Below are positions 1-7,539 of a stretch of DNA of 64,000 nucleotides, piece by piece; position 1 is the stretch's first letter, and each line of letters begins with the position of its first letter. Below the pieces are notes generated by a model that saw nothing but the letters and a program-made list of their open reading frames with translations, was not told where the DNA came from and searched no databases. Source of the stretch: a virus; the IMG/VR virus record IMGVR_UViG_3300008448_000018, positions 1 to 64,000 of that record; one strand, given 5' to 3'. The position numbers were made by a program, and so were the translations under genes.

Positions 1-29
1 ATGTGGACTGATTGGAAGGTATCTAAATA

Positions 30-170
30 ATGAACCTTGATGAATATAAAAAATTCGTAAATGATAAGCGTGTATTCTCACGCATTGACGCTATGGCAAT
101 TCTTGCTAATGCTGCAAAACAAAATGAACTTATCCACTCTCAAAAAGAAAATGGTGAAAACAATGGATAA
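30..170 (+). CDS. small hypothetical protein (46 aa)
   Basis: Hand-translated MNLDEYKKFVNDKR...; TAATG junction upstream, overlaps the next ORF. Confidence 0.55.
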   Translation: MNLDEYKKFVNDKRVFSRIDAMAILANAAKQNELIHSQKENGENNG

Positions 171-276
171 AGAAATGATAACCTTGTCATGTCAAATCTG
201 CGAGGAGCCAGCCGTTGAGGTTGCTCTCGAAGATTCTAAATATCTAACTGCTACTTGCTCAGAATGTTGGGGTTAA
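163..276 (+). CDS. small CxxC..CxxC zinc-ribbon protein
   Basis: MDKEMITLSCQICEE...TCSECWG; C-terminal part of track ORF 61..276. Confidence 0.6.
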   Translation: MDKEMITLSCQICEEPAVEVALEDSKYLTATCSECWG

Positions 277-282
277 TATATA

Positions 283-387
283 ATGGATTCCTATGATGAC
301 TACTATGAAAACCCTGCGCCAGTATATGCTGGTTGCTACTGCAAATTAAATTACCTATGTTCAGAATGTAAAAGGAGTTATAACTAA
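283..387 (+). CDS. tiny Cys-rich protein (34 aa)
   Basis: MDSYDDYYENPAPVYAGCYCKLNYLCSECKRSYN; TAATG coupling to the next gene. Confidence 0.55.
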   Translation: MDSYDDYYENPAPVYAGCYCKLNYLCSECKRSYN

Positions 388-563
388 TGAGTATTGAACT
401 TCAAGATGTACTAAAAGTATGCCGTCAAATTCGTGGAAACGATAGAGATTCAGGCACTCACTATTTGCTTGGTTATCTTTGGGCTAACACTCCAGAGAAA
501 GAGCAAATTAGAATTGCAAAATTATTTAATAAAGATTTAGAAGAAATGGAAAATAATAAATGA
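387..563 (+). CDS. hypothetical protein (58 aa)
   Basis: AAGGAG RBS; MSIELQDVLKVCRQ...YLLGYLWAN; ATGA coupling. Confidence 0.65.
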   Translation: MSIELQDVLKVCRQIRGNDRDSGTHYLLGYLWANTPEKEQIRIAKLFNKDLEEMENNK

Positions 564-661
564 ATAACTTTTATCAAACATTTTTTGTAAGTGGTAATGC
601 ATTGTTTTGGTTTTCAATGATTACTTTTATTTATGGAAGTTATTTATTTATAAAAGAATAA
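560..661 (+). CDS. tiny membrane protein (33 aa)
   Basis: MNNFYQTFFVSGNALFWFSMITFIYGSYLFIKE, hydrophobic. Confidence 0.5.
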   Translation: MNNFYQTFFVSGNALFWFSMITFIYGSYLFIKE

Positions 662-706
662 TCTTAAAAATAATTTAACTTTCAACTAAAATGCCCGGCG
701 CACTCG

Positions 707-901
707 GGCGTGTCGTGTGGTTAAGATCACATAAAATAATTTCCAGAATTACGGCGTGTCGTCTTGACTTTTTGAGATTTATCTGGTAGTATTCTCTTAT
801 ACAATTAAATAAATAGCAAAAACGATGTGATGTAATTCACATTCAATTTGTCTGATATGTCCGATTTTCAATTTGATAATGTCAGCCAAAACTGCTAGAC
901 T
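707..901 (+). promoter_or_regulatory. early regulatory block 1: GGCGTGTC x2, CRP-like boxes 716-731 and 826-841, sigma-A promoter TTGACT(764)-N17-TAGTAT(787), 9-nt repeats 849-866, TGTCAG(880)-N10-TAGACT(896)
   Basis: Motifs read directly; they recur in other intergenic blocks. Confidence 0.8.
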
Positions 902-942
902 TACTATGTAAGAAAATGAAAGTCTCTTGAAAGGAGAACTCA

Positions 943-1161
943 ATGTCCGCAAATGTCTATTCAATAGAAAACCTACTTGTAGGAAAAAACTACTACTCAC
1001 GCACCTTGCAAGGTGAAATCGTATCTGCAGAAATTCACCCTAAAGGTATTTGGTATGAAGGTTGCGAAACTTATCTTGTAGAGGTTGCACCTAATAGTGG
1101 CTACAATAATTTTGGTCGCAGAACTTACCGAACTGTAGCCGTAAAAACTGAAAATAACTAA
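943..1161 (+). CDS. hypothetical small beta-rich protein
   Basis: GAAAGGAG RBS; 72 aa ORF after the promoter. Confidence 0.75.
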   Translation: MSANVYSIENLLVGKNYYSRTLQGEIVSAEIHPKGIWYEGCETYLVEVAPNSGYNNFGRRTYRTVAVKTENN

Positions 1162-1178
1162 GAAAGGAAAACTGAAAT

Positions 1179-1361
1179 ATGTATAATGTAAAACTAGAAA
1201 CCTTTAATGGTTCAGTAAAAACTATCAGCCTGCCCTCAAAAGGTGCGGTTGCTCAATTCATATCAACATACCCAACACAATTACCCGTTGGCGTATCCGT
1301 AAAAATCGCTTGCGATACTCTTGGAATTACTGGCACACTTCGTGGAAAGGCTACACTATAA
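1179..1361 (+). CDS. hypothetical protein
   Basis: GAAAGGA RBS; 60 aa. Confidence 0.7.
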   Translation: MYNVKLETFNGSVKTISLPSKGAVAQFISTYPTQLPVGVSVKIACDTLGITGTLRGKATL

Positions 1362-1567
1362 TGAAAAAAATCTATCACTCACTACAATTCGTCACCGAAC
1401 TAGACGAAACTCACCCAGTAGCACAACGCCTGCTAACACTTTCAGAAATTGAACAAGTGCAAATGCTTGAAGGTATGCTAAAAGAATTACTTGCACCTAT
1501 GATTCAACCAACACTTGATGAACTCAACGAGGGCAATTCTTATGCAACGCTAAAGGTGGCAAAATAA
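1361..1567 (+). CDS. hypothetical protein
   Basis: TAATG coupling; MKKIYHSLQF... Confidence 0.7.
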   Translation: MKKIYHSLQFVTELDETHPVAQRLLTLSEIEQVQMLEGMLKELLAPMIQPTLDELNEGNSYATLKVAK

Positions 1568-1738
1568 ATGATGACACGCAAAGACTATGTAGCCGTTGCA
1601 GAAATTCTTTCATCTTATAAAGATTTAATAGGTGATGAATTTTTATTTGAAGATTTGGTAGAAGATTTTTCTTCATTCTTTGCAGAGGATAATCCAAATT
1701 TTAAATTTGATAAATTCAGAGAGGCGTGCATGAAATGA
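1568..1738 (+). CDS. small phage protein (MTRKDY...DNPxF...F.EAC type)
   Basis: Hand-translated MMTRKDYVAVAEIL...EDNPNFKFDKFREACMK. Confidence 0.7.
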   Translation: MMTRKDYVAVAEILSSYKDLIGDEFLFEDLVEDFSSFFAEDNPNFKFDKFREACMK

Positions 1739-1887
1739 TTCTAGATACTGGAACACTAATCGGAATAACAATTGCACTTGCTGGATCTCTTTTTGTAATG
1801 GGTATGTTTTGGAAACAAAATATTGCACAACAAAAAGAAATTCGCAGATTGCAAATTGCGTTGAGAAGTGAACGACTAAAAAAATAA
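1735..1887 (+). CDS. small membrane protein with basic tail
   Basis: MILDTGTLIGITIALAGSLFVMGMFW...; ATGA overlap. Confidence 0.65.
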   Translation: MILDTGTLIGITIALAGSLFVMGMFWKQNIAQQKEIRRLQIALRSERLKK

Positions 1888-1892
1888 ATAAA

Positions 1893-1921
1893 AAATCCTG
1901 AGCAAGATTTAAAACTGCTCA
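1893..1921 (+). ncRNA. H-type pseudoknot, family copy 1
   Basis: AAATC-C-TGAGCA-A-GATTT-AAAAC-TGCTCA. Confidence 0.75.
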
Positions 1922-1928
1922 AAAATTT

Positions 1929-2032
1929 CCGGCGTGTCGTCCACAGGTTATCCACAGACCTTTACGTGTGATATTAAACACACCCCGAAATGACCTTATG
2001 AACTGGAAAATGTCAGTCCAGTCTGATAGGCT
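1929..2032 (+). promoter_or_regulatory. regulatory block 2: GGCGTGTC, DnaA boxes 1937-1945 and 1948-1956, CRP-like box 1967-1982, TGTCAG(2011)-N10-TAGGCT(2027)
   Basis: Motifs read directly. Confidence 0.75.
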
Positions 2033-2059
2033 TGATTTATCAAGACGAAAGGAAAACTA

Positions 2060-2254
2060 ATGGGAAACTTATTTGATAAAATAGGAACTTGCTACACTTG
2101 CTATGATGAGGGCGTTATCTTTACTGATATGGATAGCGATGGATTTATAAATGATTTCTGCGCTGATTGTGAAAAAGGGCAGGGATTTGCTAATGAGTAT
2201 GCCGTATGGTATGCTGAAAATGAAATGAACGAATATGCTAAGGAGAACGCATAA
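2060..2254 (+). CDS. small CxxC..CxxC protein
   Basis: GAAAGGA RBS; CYTC, CADC. Confidence 0.75.
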   Translation: MGNLFDKIGTCYTCYDEGVIFTDMDSDGFINDFCADCEKGQGFANEYAVWYAENEMNEYAKENA

Positions 2255-2463
2255 TGGAATATAACTACTCACTTACTACTTCATATGATGGAGAACTTGT
2301 AAATACCCTGCGTGTTAGCGATATGCTAGAGGCAGTAAACGCTTGGACTAAATGTGTAGACTTTGGCGACGCTAAAGAATACGCAACCTATAACTTGTCA
2401 GACCCTACTGGCAAAATGTATACTAAGACCTTCTACCGCAACGGAAATGTGAGTGTAAAATAA
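2254..2463 (+). CDS. hypothetical protein
   Basis: AGGAG RBS, TAATG coupling. Confidence 0.75.
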   Translation: MEYNYSLTTSYDGELVNTLRVSDMLEAVNAWTKCVDFGDAKEYATYNLSDPTGKMYTKTFYRNGNVSVK

Positions 2464-2464
2464 T

Positions 2465-2749
2465 ATGGGTTCAGTAACCGCACTAGGAATTCAAGATACA
2501 GTATTAGACTTGGAGACTCAGATTCTCTATCACTTGAAGGGTAATCACTATCCTCCAGTACCCGCAGAAATGGTACAACCTTGCATTGAGGCTATTGACG
2601 CTTACTATGATGAGGACTATGACCGAATGATTGATATGCCAAAAGTTGGTGACTTTCAGATTTTATATCGTGGCTCAACGCAAGCACCTGCAAGGGCTAT
2701 CGTAGACCAGCACCACTTATCATTCTGGCTACCTGAAGAGGAATACTAA
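2465..2749 (+). CDS. hypothetical phage protein (HLxGNHYPPVP motif)
   Basis: 94 aa ORF in operon context. Confidence 0.75.
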   Translation: MGSVTALGIQDTVLDLETQILYHLKGNHYPPVPAEMVQPCIEAIDAYYDEDYDRMIDMPKVGDFQILYRGSTQAPARAIVDQHHLSFWLPEEEY

Positions 2750-2750
2750 A

Positions 2751-2993
2751 ATGACTGCTACAATAACAAATATGAAATTTGTGTATGCAGACTTACTTAC
2801 ACCTAGCCAGTTAATGGAAGGTGACTTGATCAATATTGATAATGATATTGTGGAAGTTATTTCAGTAGTTGATGACGCTACTGGAGATAACTATACAATT
2901 ACTCATAAGAATGAATATGATGAAGTAGAAGAAACTCTTTGCACCTATGAAGATATGTTTAAGTTGTATGTCTTTATAGATGATGATGAATAA
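2751..2993 (+). CDS. hypothetical acidic protein, SH3/KOW-like
   Basis: LMEGDLINIDNDIVEVISV pattern. Confidence 0.7.
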   Translation: MTATITNMKFVYADLLTPSQLMEGDLINIDNDIVEVISVVDDATGDNYTITHKNEYDEVEETLCTYEDMFKLYVFIDDDE

Positions 2994-3094
2994 AAATTCA
3001 TAACACTGCATAAAAACCCCGGCGTGTCCGTTTTGTCCAGAACCTCCTGATTATGGGGAGTTGATATTTTTCCCAATTTCTGCTAAGATTAAGT

Positions 3095-3235
3095 ATGAAA
3101 AAAACACCAGAGGAATTACGCAGGCTTATGGAATTACGCCGTAGCAATGCTGCCTCATCGGTCCCTAATAAAAAGAAATACAACCGCAAGAAATGTCAGT
3201 CCCTAATGCTAGAATTAAAGAAAGAAAGTGAGTAA
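3095..3235 (+). CDS. small basic leaderless protein (46 aa)
   Basis: TTGATA(3061)-N17-TAAGAT(3084)-N5-ATG; MKKTPEELRRLMELRRSNAASSVPNKKKYNRKK... Confidence 0.6.
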   Translation: MKKTPEELRRLMELRRSNAASSVPNKKKYNRKKCQSLMLELKKESE

Positions 3236-3241
3236 TCCACC

Positions 3242-3964
3242 ATGTCAAAATTACTTAGAAGCAAAGATAGGAAAGTAGCAAATGCCGTCACCCCAAATGG
3301 AAAACAAGCAAGTATCGCAAATACATTCGGATTACCTGCAGGAAAAAACTATTCATGTCCTGGCGCTACGAGTGTCTGCGAGAGTGTTTGCTATGCAGGC
3401 AAATTGGAAAAGGTATTCCCAACAGTAAAGAAAAACTTATTGCATAACTGGGAATTACTACGTAATGCTGATCGTGTTGAGATGTACACACTAATTTCAG
3501 AAATGATTGCAGAGTTTAAAACAGATTGTGTTAGACGCAATGCCCCTATGCTATTTCGCATTCACTGGGATGGCGATTTCTTTAACGATGAGTACGCACA
3601 AGCATGGCGTTCAGTAATCGAAGAGCAACCTGATATTCAATTCTGGGTATACACTAGAGTTAAGTCTGCAGCGCTTATCCTAAAAGACATTCCTAATCTA
3701 TCTTTATATTATTCTACAGATAGCGAGAATAAGAGTGTAGGCGTTGACCTAAAGAGTAATCATGGTATTAGACTTGCATACCTTGCCAAAAATTTTGCTA
3801 TCGGTCAAGGGGATATGAAAGAGTTATTCAATAAGCCTGGTGCTAAGTGCCCTGAGAATAATAAGTCTATTCCACTTATCTCACAGAAAGGCTCGGCTTG
3901 CGTTTCTTGCGGATTGTGTGTATACTCGAAGGCAGACATAGTTTTTTCCGCAACTAAAAAGTGA
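3242..3964 (+). CDS. GP88-like Fe-S/radical-SAM-like phage protein
   Basis: SCPGATSVCESVCYA, FRIHWDGDF, YTR, C-terminal CxxCxxC; preceded by TGTCAG(3194)-N10-TAGAAT. Confidence 0.75.
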   Translation: MSKLLRSKDRKVANAVTPNGKQASIANTFGLPAGKNYSCPGATSVCESVCYAGKLEKVFPTVKKNLLHNWELLRNADRVEMYTLISEMIAEFKTDCVRRNAPMLFRIHWDGDFFNDEYAQAWRSVIEEQPDIQFWVYTRVKSAALILKDIPNLSLYYSTDSENKSVGVDLKSNHGIRLAYLAKNFAIGQGDMKELFNKPGAKCPENNKSIPLISQKGSACVSCGLCVYSKADIVFSATKK

Positions 3965-4035
3965 GATACCAACAATGGATAACAGTATAATCTTATATAT
4001 TCTGCTATGGCTATTTCTAATGTTTCTTACCCAAT

Positions 4036-4148
4036 AGTCCGTAATGTCCGATATGTCCAGATGTGATTTATATCACAATCAAAAATGTATCAAATAGTGA
4101 GATTTTTACCCTTCCGACTTGCATTTTGTCAGTAGGTAGTAGTAAAAT
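4036..4148 (+). promoter_or_regulatory. regulatory block: three 9-nt repeats 4036-4062, perfect CRP-like box 4062-4077, TTGCAT(4119), TGTCAG(4127)-N10-TAAAAT(4143)
   Basis: Motifs read directly. Confidence 0.8.
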
Positions 4149-4178
4149 AATAATATCAACCTAACGAAAGGAAATACA

Positions 4179-4343
4179 ATGTCAGTAGCAACCGCAACTT
4201 ACAAAGTAGGAGATACCTACACAACACAGAAGTCCAAAGTCACAGGAGTAATCAAGGAGATTATTCCACAGGCTAACGGAAATGTCCGTGTTGCGCTAGA
4301 TGTAGAGGGAAAGACCCGATACACAACTTGGACAGCCAAGTAA
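4179..4343 (+). CDS. small SH3-like beta protein (54 aa), paralog A
   Basis: GAAAGGA RBS; MSVATATYKVGDTYTTQKSKVTGVIKEII...RVALDVEGKTRYTTWTAK. Confidence 0.75.
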   Translation: MSVATATYKVGDTYTTQKSKVTGVIKEIIPQANGNVRVALDVEGKTRYTTWTAK

Positions 4344-4352
4344 AATAAAATA

Positions 4353-4422
4353 ACGAAACAGGGGCAGTTTAGGAGAGTATCTAGCCCAATGTCGTAAGTA
4401 AGAACTCTCCCCCCTTCGGGGG
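4353..4422 (+). ncRNA. larger pseudoknot followed by a cUUCGg hairpin
   Basis: GGGC 4362/GCCC 4384; loop GGAGAGT 4372 pairs with ACTCTCC 4404; then CCCC-TTCG-GGGG. Confidence 0.6.
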
Positions 4423-4477
4423 AAATGTCAGACCCACCCCCTACAATAGAAACTAACCACCAAAGAAAAGGAAACCA

Positions 4478-4903
4478 ATGTCAAGAGGAAAAGCAATCTC
4501 AGTAAAAATCGCAACACCAAAGGTAATCAAGGCACTAGAACAGGCACTAAATAAACTAGAACTTGATTGGACTTCACAAGAAGCCAATGAAGCAAAGTAT
4601 GAGAAGGCAAGAGAGAAGTGGCGTAAAGAAGTTCAAGAATACGCTATTGCTAACATCAAGAAGGCAACCAACTTCCGCACTTCATATCGTTCATACAACA
4701 ACACGCTAAACATTGACTACGATATTATCGTAGCAAAAGAAAGCGATATGCCAGTAGAACCAAATCGTGATTTCGTAGTGCTACACACTCACGAATATCA
4801 AAGTCAGAAAGAGGAAATTGCAAATGCAATTCGTATCCTAAAGATGACAGATGAGGAAGTTGTAAATACTTCTACATATAATGCGGTAGCACGCTACCTA
4901 TAA
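4478..4903 (+). CDS. hypothetical protein (141 aa)
   Basis: AAGGA RBS; TGTCAG(4426)-N10-TACAAT promoter. Confidence 0.8.
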   Translation: MSRGKAISVKIATPKVIKALEQALNKLELDWTSQEANEAKYEKAREKWRKEVQEYAIANIKKATNFRTSYRSYNNTLNIDYDIIVAKESDMPVEPNRDFVVLHTHEYQSQKEEIANAIRILKMTDEEVVNTSTYNAVARYL

Positions 4904-4918
4904 TTCCTACTAAGGAAA

Positions 4919-4948
4919 AGTCCTGAGTATGACTACTAAAACTGCTCA
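4919..4948 (+). ncRNA. H-type pseudoknot, family copy 2
   Basis: AGTC-C-TGAGTA-T-GACT-ACTAAAAC-TGCTCA (U.G wobble in stem 2). Confidence 0.75.
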
Positions 4949-4986
4949 CCAACTCTAAACACCACAACAGAAAGGCAAGACCCAAA

Positions 4987-5157
4987 ATGACACTAGGCGG
5001 ATACACTTACCAAATTGGTGATTTATTCACAACAAGCAAAACAGGAATTACAGGTCGTATTAGCAACTTTACACCTATCAATTCTAAACTTACTAGAGTT
5101 TCATTACAGTTAGCAAATGGCGCACACCGATTTGCTATGGTAAAAACATCTAAGTAA
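4987..5157 (+). CDS. small SH3-like beta protein (56 aa), paralog B
   Basis: GAAAGG RBS; MTLGGYTYQIGDLFTTSKTGITGRISNF...RVSLQLANG. Confidence 0.75.
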   Translation: MTLGGYTYQIGDLFTTSKTGITGRISNFTPINSKLTRVSLQLANGAHRFAMVKTSK

Positions 5158-5164
5158 AAAGAAT

Positions 5165-5263
5165 TCGCCAGGCTGATTAGGGCGATAATAGAAATACTAT
5201 AGAGCCACCTTATTGGGCAGGTGCAAGAACCCATACATCCTGAGCATGATGGAAAAAGGCTCA
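5165..5263 (+). ncRNA. three tandem H-type pseudoknots; the third is family copy 3
   Basis: TCGCC/GGCGA + GGCT/AGCC; ACCT/AGGT + TGGG/CCCA; CATC/GATG + TGAGC/GCTCA. Confidence 0.65.
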
Positions 5264-5272
5264 AAAATTTTG

Positions 5273-5357
5273 CCGGGCTCGTGTGATCAACATCACATCT
5301 CATTATATGAGATAGTTACGATTCCCATTTGTACTTGTCAGTCCTCATATGTATACT
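5273..5357 (+). promoter_or_regulatory. regulatory block: CCGG, perfect CRP-like box 5282-5297, TCTCA-N5-TGAGA, TTGTAC, TGTCAG(5336)-N10-TATACT(5352)
   Basis: Motifs read directly. Confidence 0.8.
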
Positions 5358-5386
5358 TATATTAAACCACAAAGAAGGAGACCCCT

Positions 5387-5650
5387 ATGATAGCAACAGC
5401 GATAGCAATCCAAGATGCAACTGCCTCAGCCGTTCACGATAATATGATTATGGATATGGCTGGACATTTATACCACGCAAGAAACGAAATGACAGACGAA
5501 GAGTTTGTTCAGTTCTTATTTAAATACTCAGCCAGTTTGTCAGCCCTAACTGCTACATTGGTTACATCAGTTTGTTTGACAGAAAGTCAGATGAACGATA
5601 TGGTAGATACCATTAAAGAATTCGACCAACTAGAACAAGAAATGGAATAA
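5387..5650 (+). CDS. hypothetical protein
   Basis: AAGGAG RBS; 87 aa. Confidence 0.8.
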   Translation: MIATAIAIQDATASAVHDNMIMDMAGHLYHARNEMTDEEFVQFLFKYSASLSALTATLVTSVCLTESQMNDMVDTIKEFDQLEQEME

Positions 5651-5655
5651 CCCCT

Positions 5656-6135
5656 ATGTCAACTAATATACTTGAAGCGGTAACAGAAGATAAGTTAACC
5701 GTCGCATACAACCCGCACTTACTGGTTACTTATAAGGCAATTCCAGATACATATGCTGCACCTGAAGTGCCTACATTCTTAACAAGCAAGGTTACCGATA
5801 TTGAATGGGACCTACACGTATCACGCAATAATACTAAGAGACTTGATAAGTTAGAGAATCTTATCAATGGACTAGATGAGCAAGTTATTGAATGGACTAA
5901 TCCTAACTATGAAAAGGATGAGGTTCTTGCTGGAATCTGTGAATACTTTGGTATTAATCCTACCAAGGAAATTGAAGTACAAGGAACTGTAACATTTACA
6001 GGAACAGTGCGTGTACCAATTGCAGAAGCAGAAGACTTTGACTTAAGTAATGTTTCAGTCGATGTTGATTTAAATTCATATGACTATGATGCAGACTTTT
6101 GTGTTGACGAAGTATCTCTTGAGGAGCACTACTAA
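5656..6135 (+). CDS. hypothetical acidic protein
   Basis: 159 aa ORF in operon. Confidence 0.8.
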   Translation: MSTNILEAVTEDKLTVAYNPHLLVTYKAIPDTYAAPEVPTFLTSKVTDIEWDLHVSRNNTKRLDKLENLINGLDEQVIEWTNPNYEKDEVLAGICEYFGINPTKEIEVQGTVTFTGTVRVPIAEAEDFDLSNVSVDVDLNSYDYDADFCVDEVSLEEHY

Positions 6136-6159
6136 GTTTCATAGGGGGCTATGAAAAAG

Positions 6160-6190
6160 GGACCTGAGCAGTGTCCATGTAAACGGCTCA
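6160..6190 (+). ncRNA. H-type pseudoknot, family copy 4
   Basis: GGAC-C-TGAGC-AGT-GTCC-ATGTAAACG-GCTCA. Confidence 0.75.
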
Positions 6191-6198
6191 CCAATATT

Positions 6199-6311
6199 CC
6201 CACTTATTAGAGTGGTAGTGTGTTGAGTAAGTGGGTGCTTATCTCGTAAGAATAAGAATACCTGGAGTTCATCAGAAGGATGATCTATAAGCAACAGGGC
6301 ACACTACCACT
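6199..6311 (+). ncRNA. large pseudoknotted RNA (10-bp and 12-14-bp stems, hairpins in loop 3)
   Basis: CCCACTTATT/AGTAAGTGGG; AGTGGTAGTGTG/CACACTACCACT. Confidence 0.7.
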
Positions 6312-6319
6312 TGTAAATT

Positions 6320-6441
6320 CCGGCACGCCCAGCCTGGTTTGTCAAGTTACGATTATGTGAGATTCCCCACATTCCCAAAATGTCCGATTTACCCCTATTT
6401 AACTATCCTGATTTGCATTTGTCGGTGGCTAGGTGTATGAT
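6320..6441 (+). promoter_or_regulatory. regulatory block: CCGG, CRP-like box 6356-6371, TGTCCGATT, TTGCAT(6413), TGTCGG(6420)-N10-TATGAT(6436)
   Basis: Motifs read directly. Confidence 0.8.
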
Positions 6442-6471
6442 TAGATTAACAACAAAAGAAAGAAGGAAATC

Positions 6472-7494
6472 GTGGCTCACGACTTAGAAACACAAAATGG
6501 TAAAACCTCATTCGCCTCATTCAGAGAACCTGCTTGGCACGGATTGGGTACTGTATTTACCGAAGAAAAAACAACCGCAGAAATGCTAGAGGCTGCAAAT
6601 CTTAATGGGTGGAATGTTCGCCTTGAAGATATGCAAACACCCGCACACCTAACAAGCGACAAGGCTTACCAATATGTCTTGCGTACTAATCCTACTGATA
6701 ACACCCAGACTGATATTCTTGGTGTTGTTGGTGAGCGTTATCACGTATTGCAGAATGAAGATTTATTCTCATTCGGTGATAATATCCTAGACGGCGGAGG
6801 TCGTTGGGAAACTGCTGGCTCAATCAAGGGTGGGCGTGTTGTATTCGGTGCATTAGCACTAGAGCGTGAAACAATCCTAGACCCTAGCGGTGTTGCAGAT
6901 AAGGTAAAGACTTATTTACTTATCAACACATCACACGATGGCTCAATCGCTATTCAAGCAAGCATAACACCTGTTCGTGTTGTGTGCGCTAATACTCTTA
7001 ACCTTGCTCTTGGTGGCGTAGGTCGCAAGAAGAACAAGGGTATCAAGCAATCTTTCAAGATTCGCCACACACAAACTGCAAATGGTAAAGTGCAGATTGC
7101 TCGTGAAACTCTTGGTCTTGCTAATGCTTATATGGACGAATTTGATGTTATGGCTAAGGCTATGATTGAAAAAGAAGTTTCTGCTAAGGATTTCAATGAC
7201 ATCATTCTTGCTGCATATGCTAAGCCAGAAAAAGATTCTAAGGGTTCAATGAAGAAGTGGGAAAATAAAGTTGATGTTATCAACGATATTTACACTGGTG
7301 AATTCAATGGAATGATTGCTGGTAATGCGTGGGGTGCGTTCAATGCACTTACTGAGCGTCTTGACTGGTATCGTTCTGCTCGTGGTGGTTCTAACGAATC
7401 TATCCTTGCAAGCGCAAGCGGATTTGACCCTGCTATCAACGCAGAAAAAAATCGTCTGCTAAAAGTTGTGCAAAATGTTATGCAATTAGCATAA
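6472..7494 (+). CDS. DUF932 / TIGR03299-type phage/plasmid protein
   Basis: MAH..REPAWHGLG, YHVLQNEDLF, ETAGSIKGG, NTSHDGS, TPVRVVCANT, AWGAFNALTE. Confidence 0.9.
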   Translation: MAHDLETQNGKTSFASFREPAWHGLGTVFTEEKTTAEMLEAANLNGWNVRLEDMQTPAHLTSDKAYQYVLRTNPTDNTQTDILGVVGERYHVLQNEDLFSFGDNILDGGGRWETAGSIKGGRVVFGALALERETILDPSGVADKVKTYLLINTSHDGSIAIQASITPVRVVCANTLNLALGGVGRKKNKGIKQSFKIRHTQTANGKVQIARETLGLANAYMDEFDVMAKAMIEKEVSAKDFNDIILAAYAKPEKDSKGSMKKWENKVDVINDIYTGEFNGMIAGNAWGAFNALTERLDWYRSARGGSNESILASASGFDPAINAEKNRLLKVVQNVMQLA

Positions 7495-7508
7495 GCAAAC
7501 GAAAGAAA

Positions 7509-7536
7509 ATTCCTGAGCAAGAATCAAAACTGCTCA
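7509..7536 (+). ncRNA. H-type pseudoknot, family copy 5
   Basis: ATTC-C-TGAGCA-A-GAAT-CAAAAC-TGCTCA. Confidence 0.75.
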
Positions 7537-7539
7537 CAC

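Noticed and set aside
1893-7536. CTGA-containing repeats as hammerhead ribozymes
   Set aside because: They lack the CUGAnGA/GAAA core and three-stem junction; the pairing fits an H-type pseudoknot.
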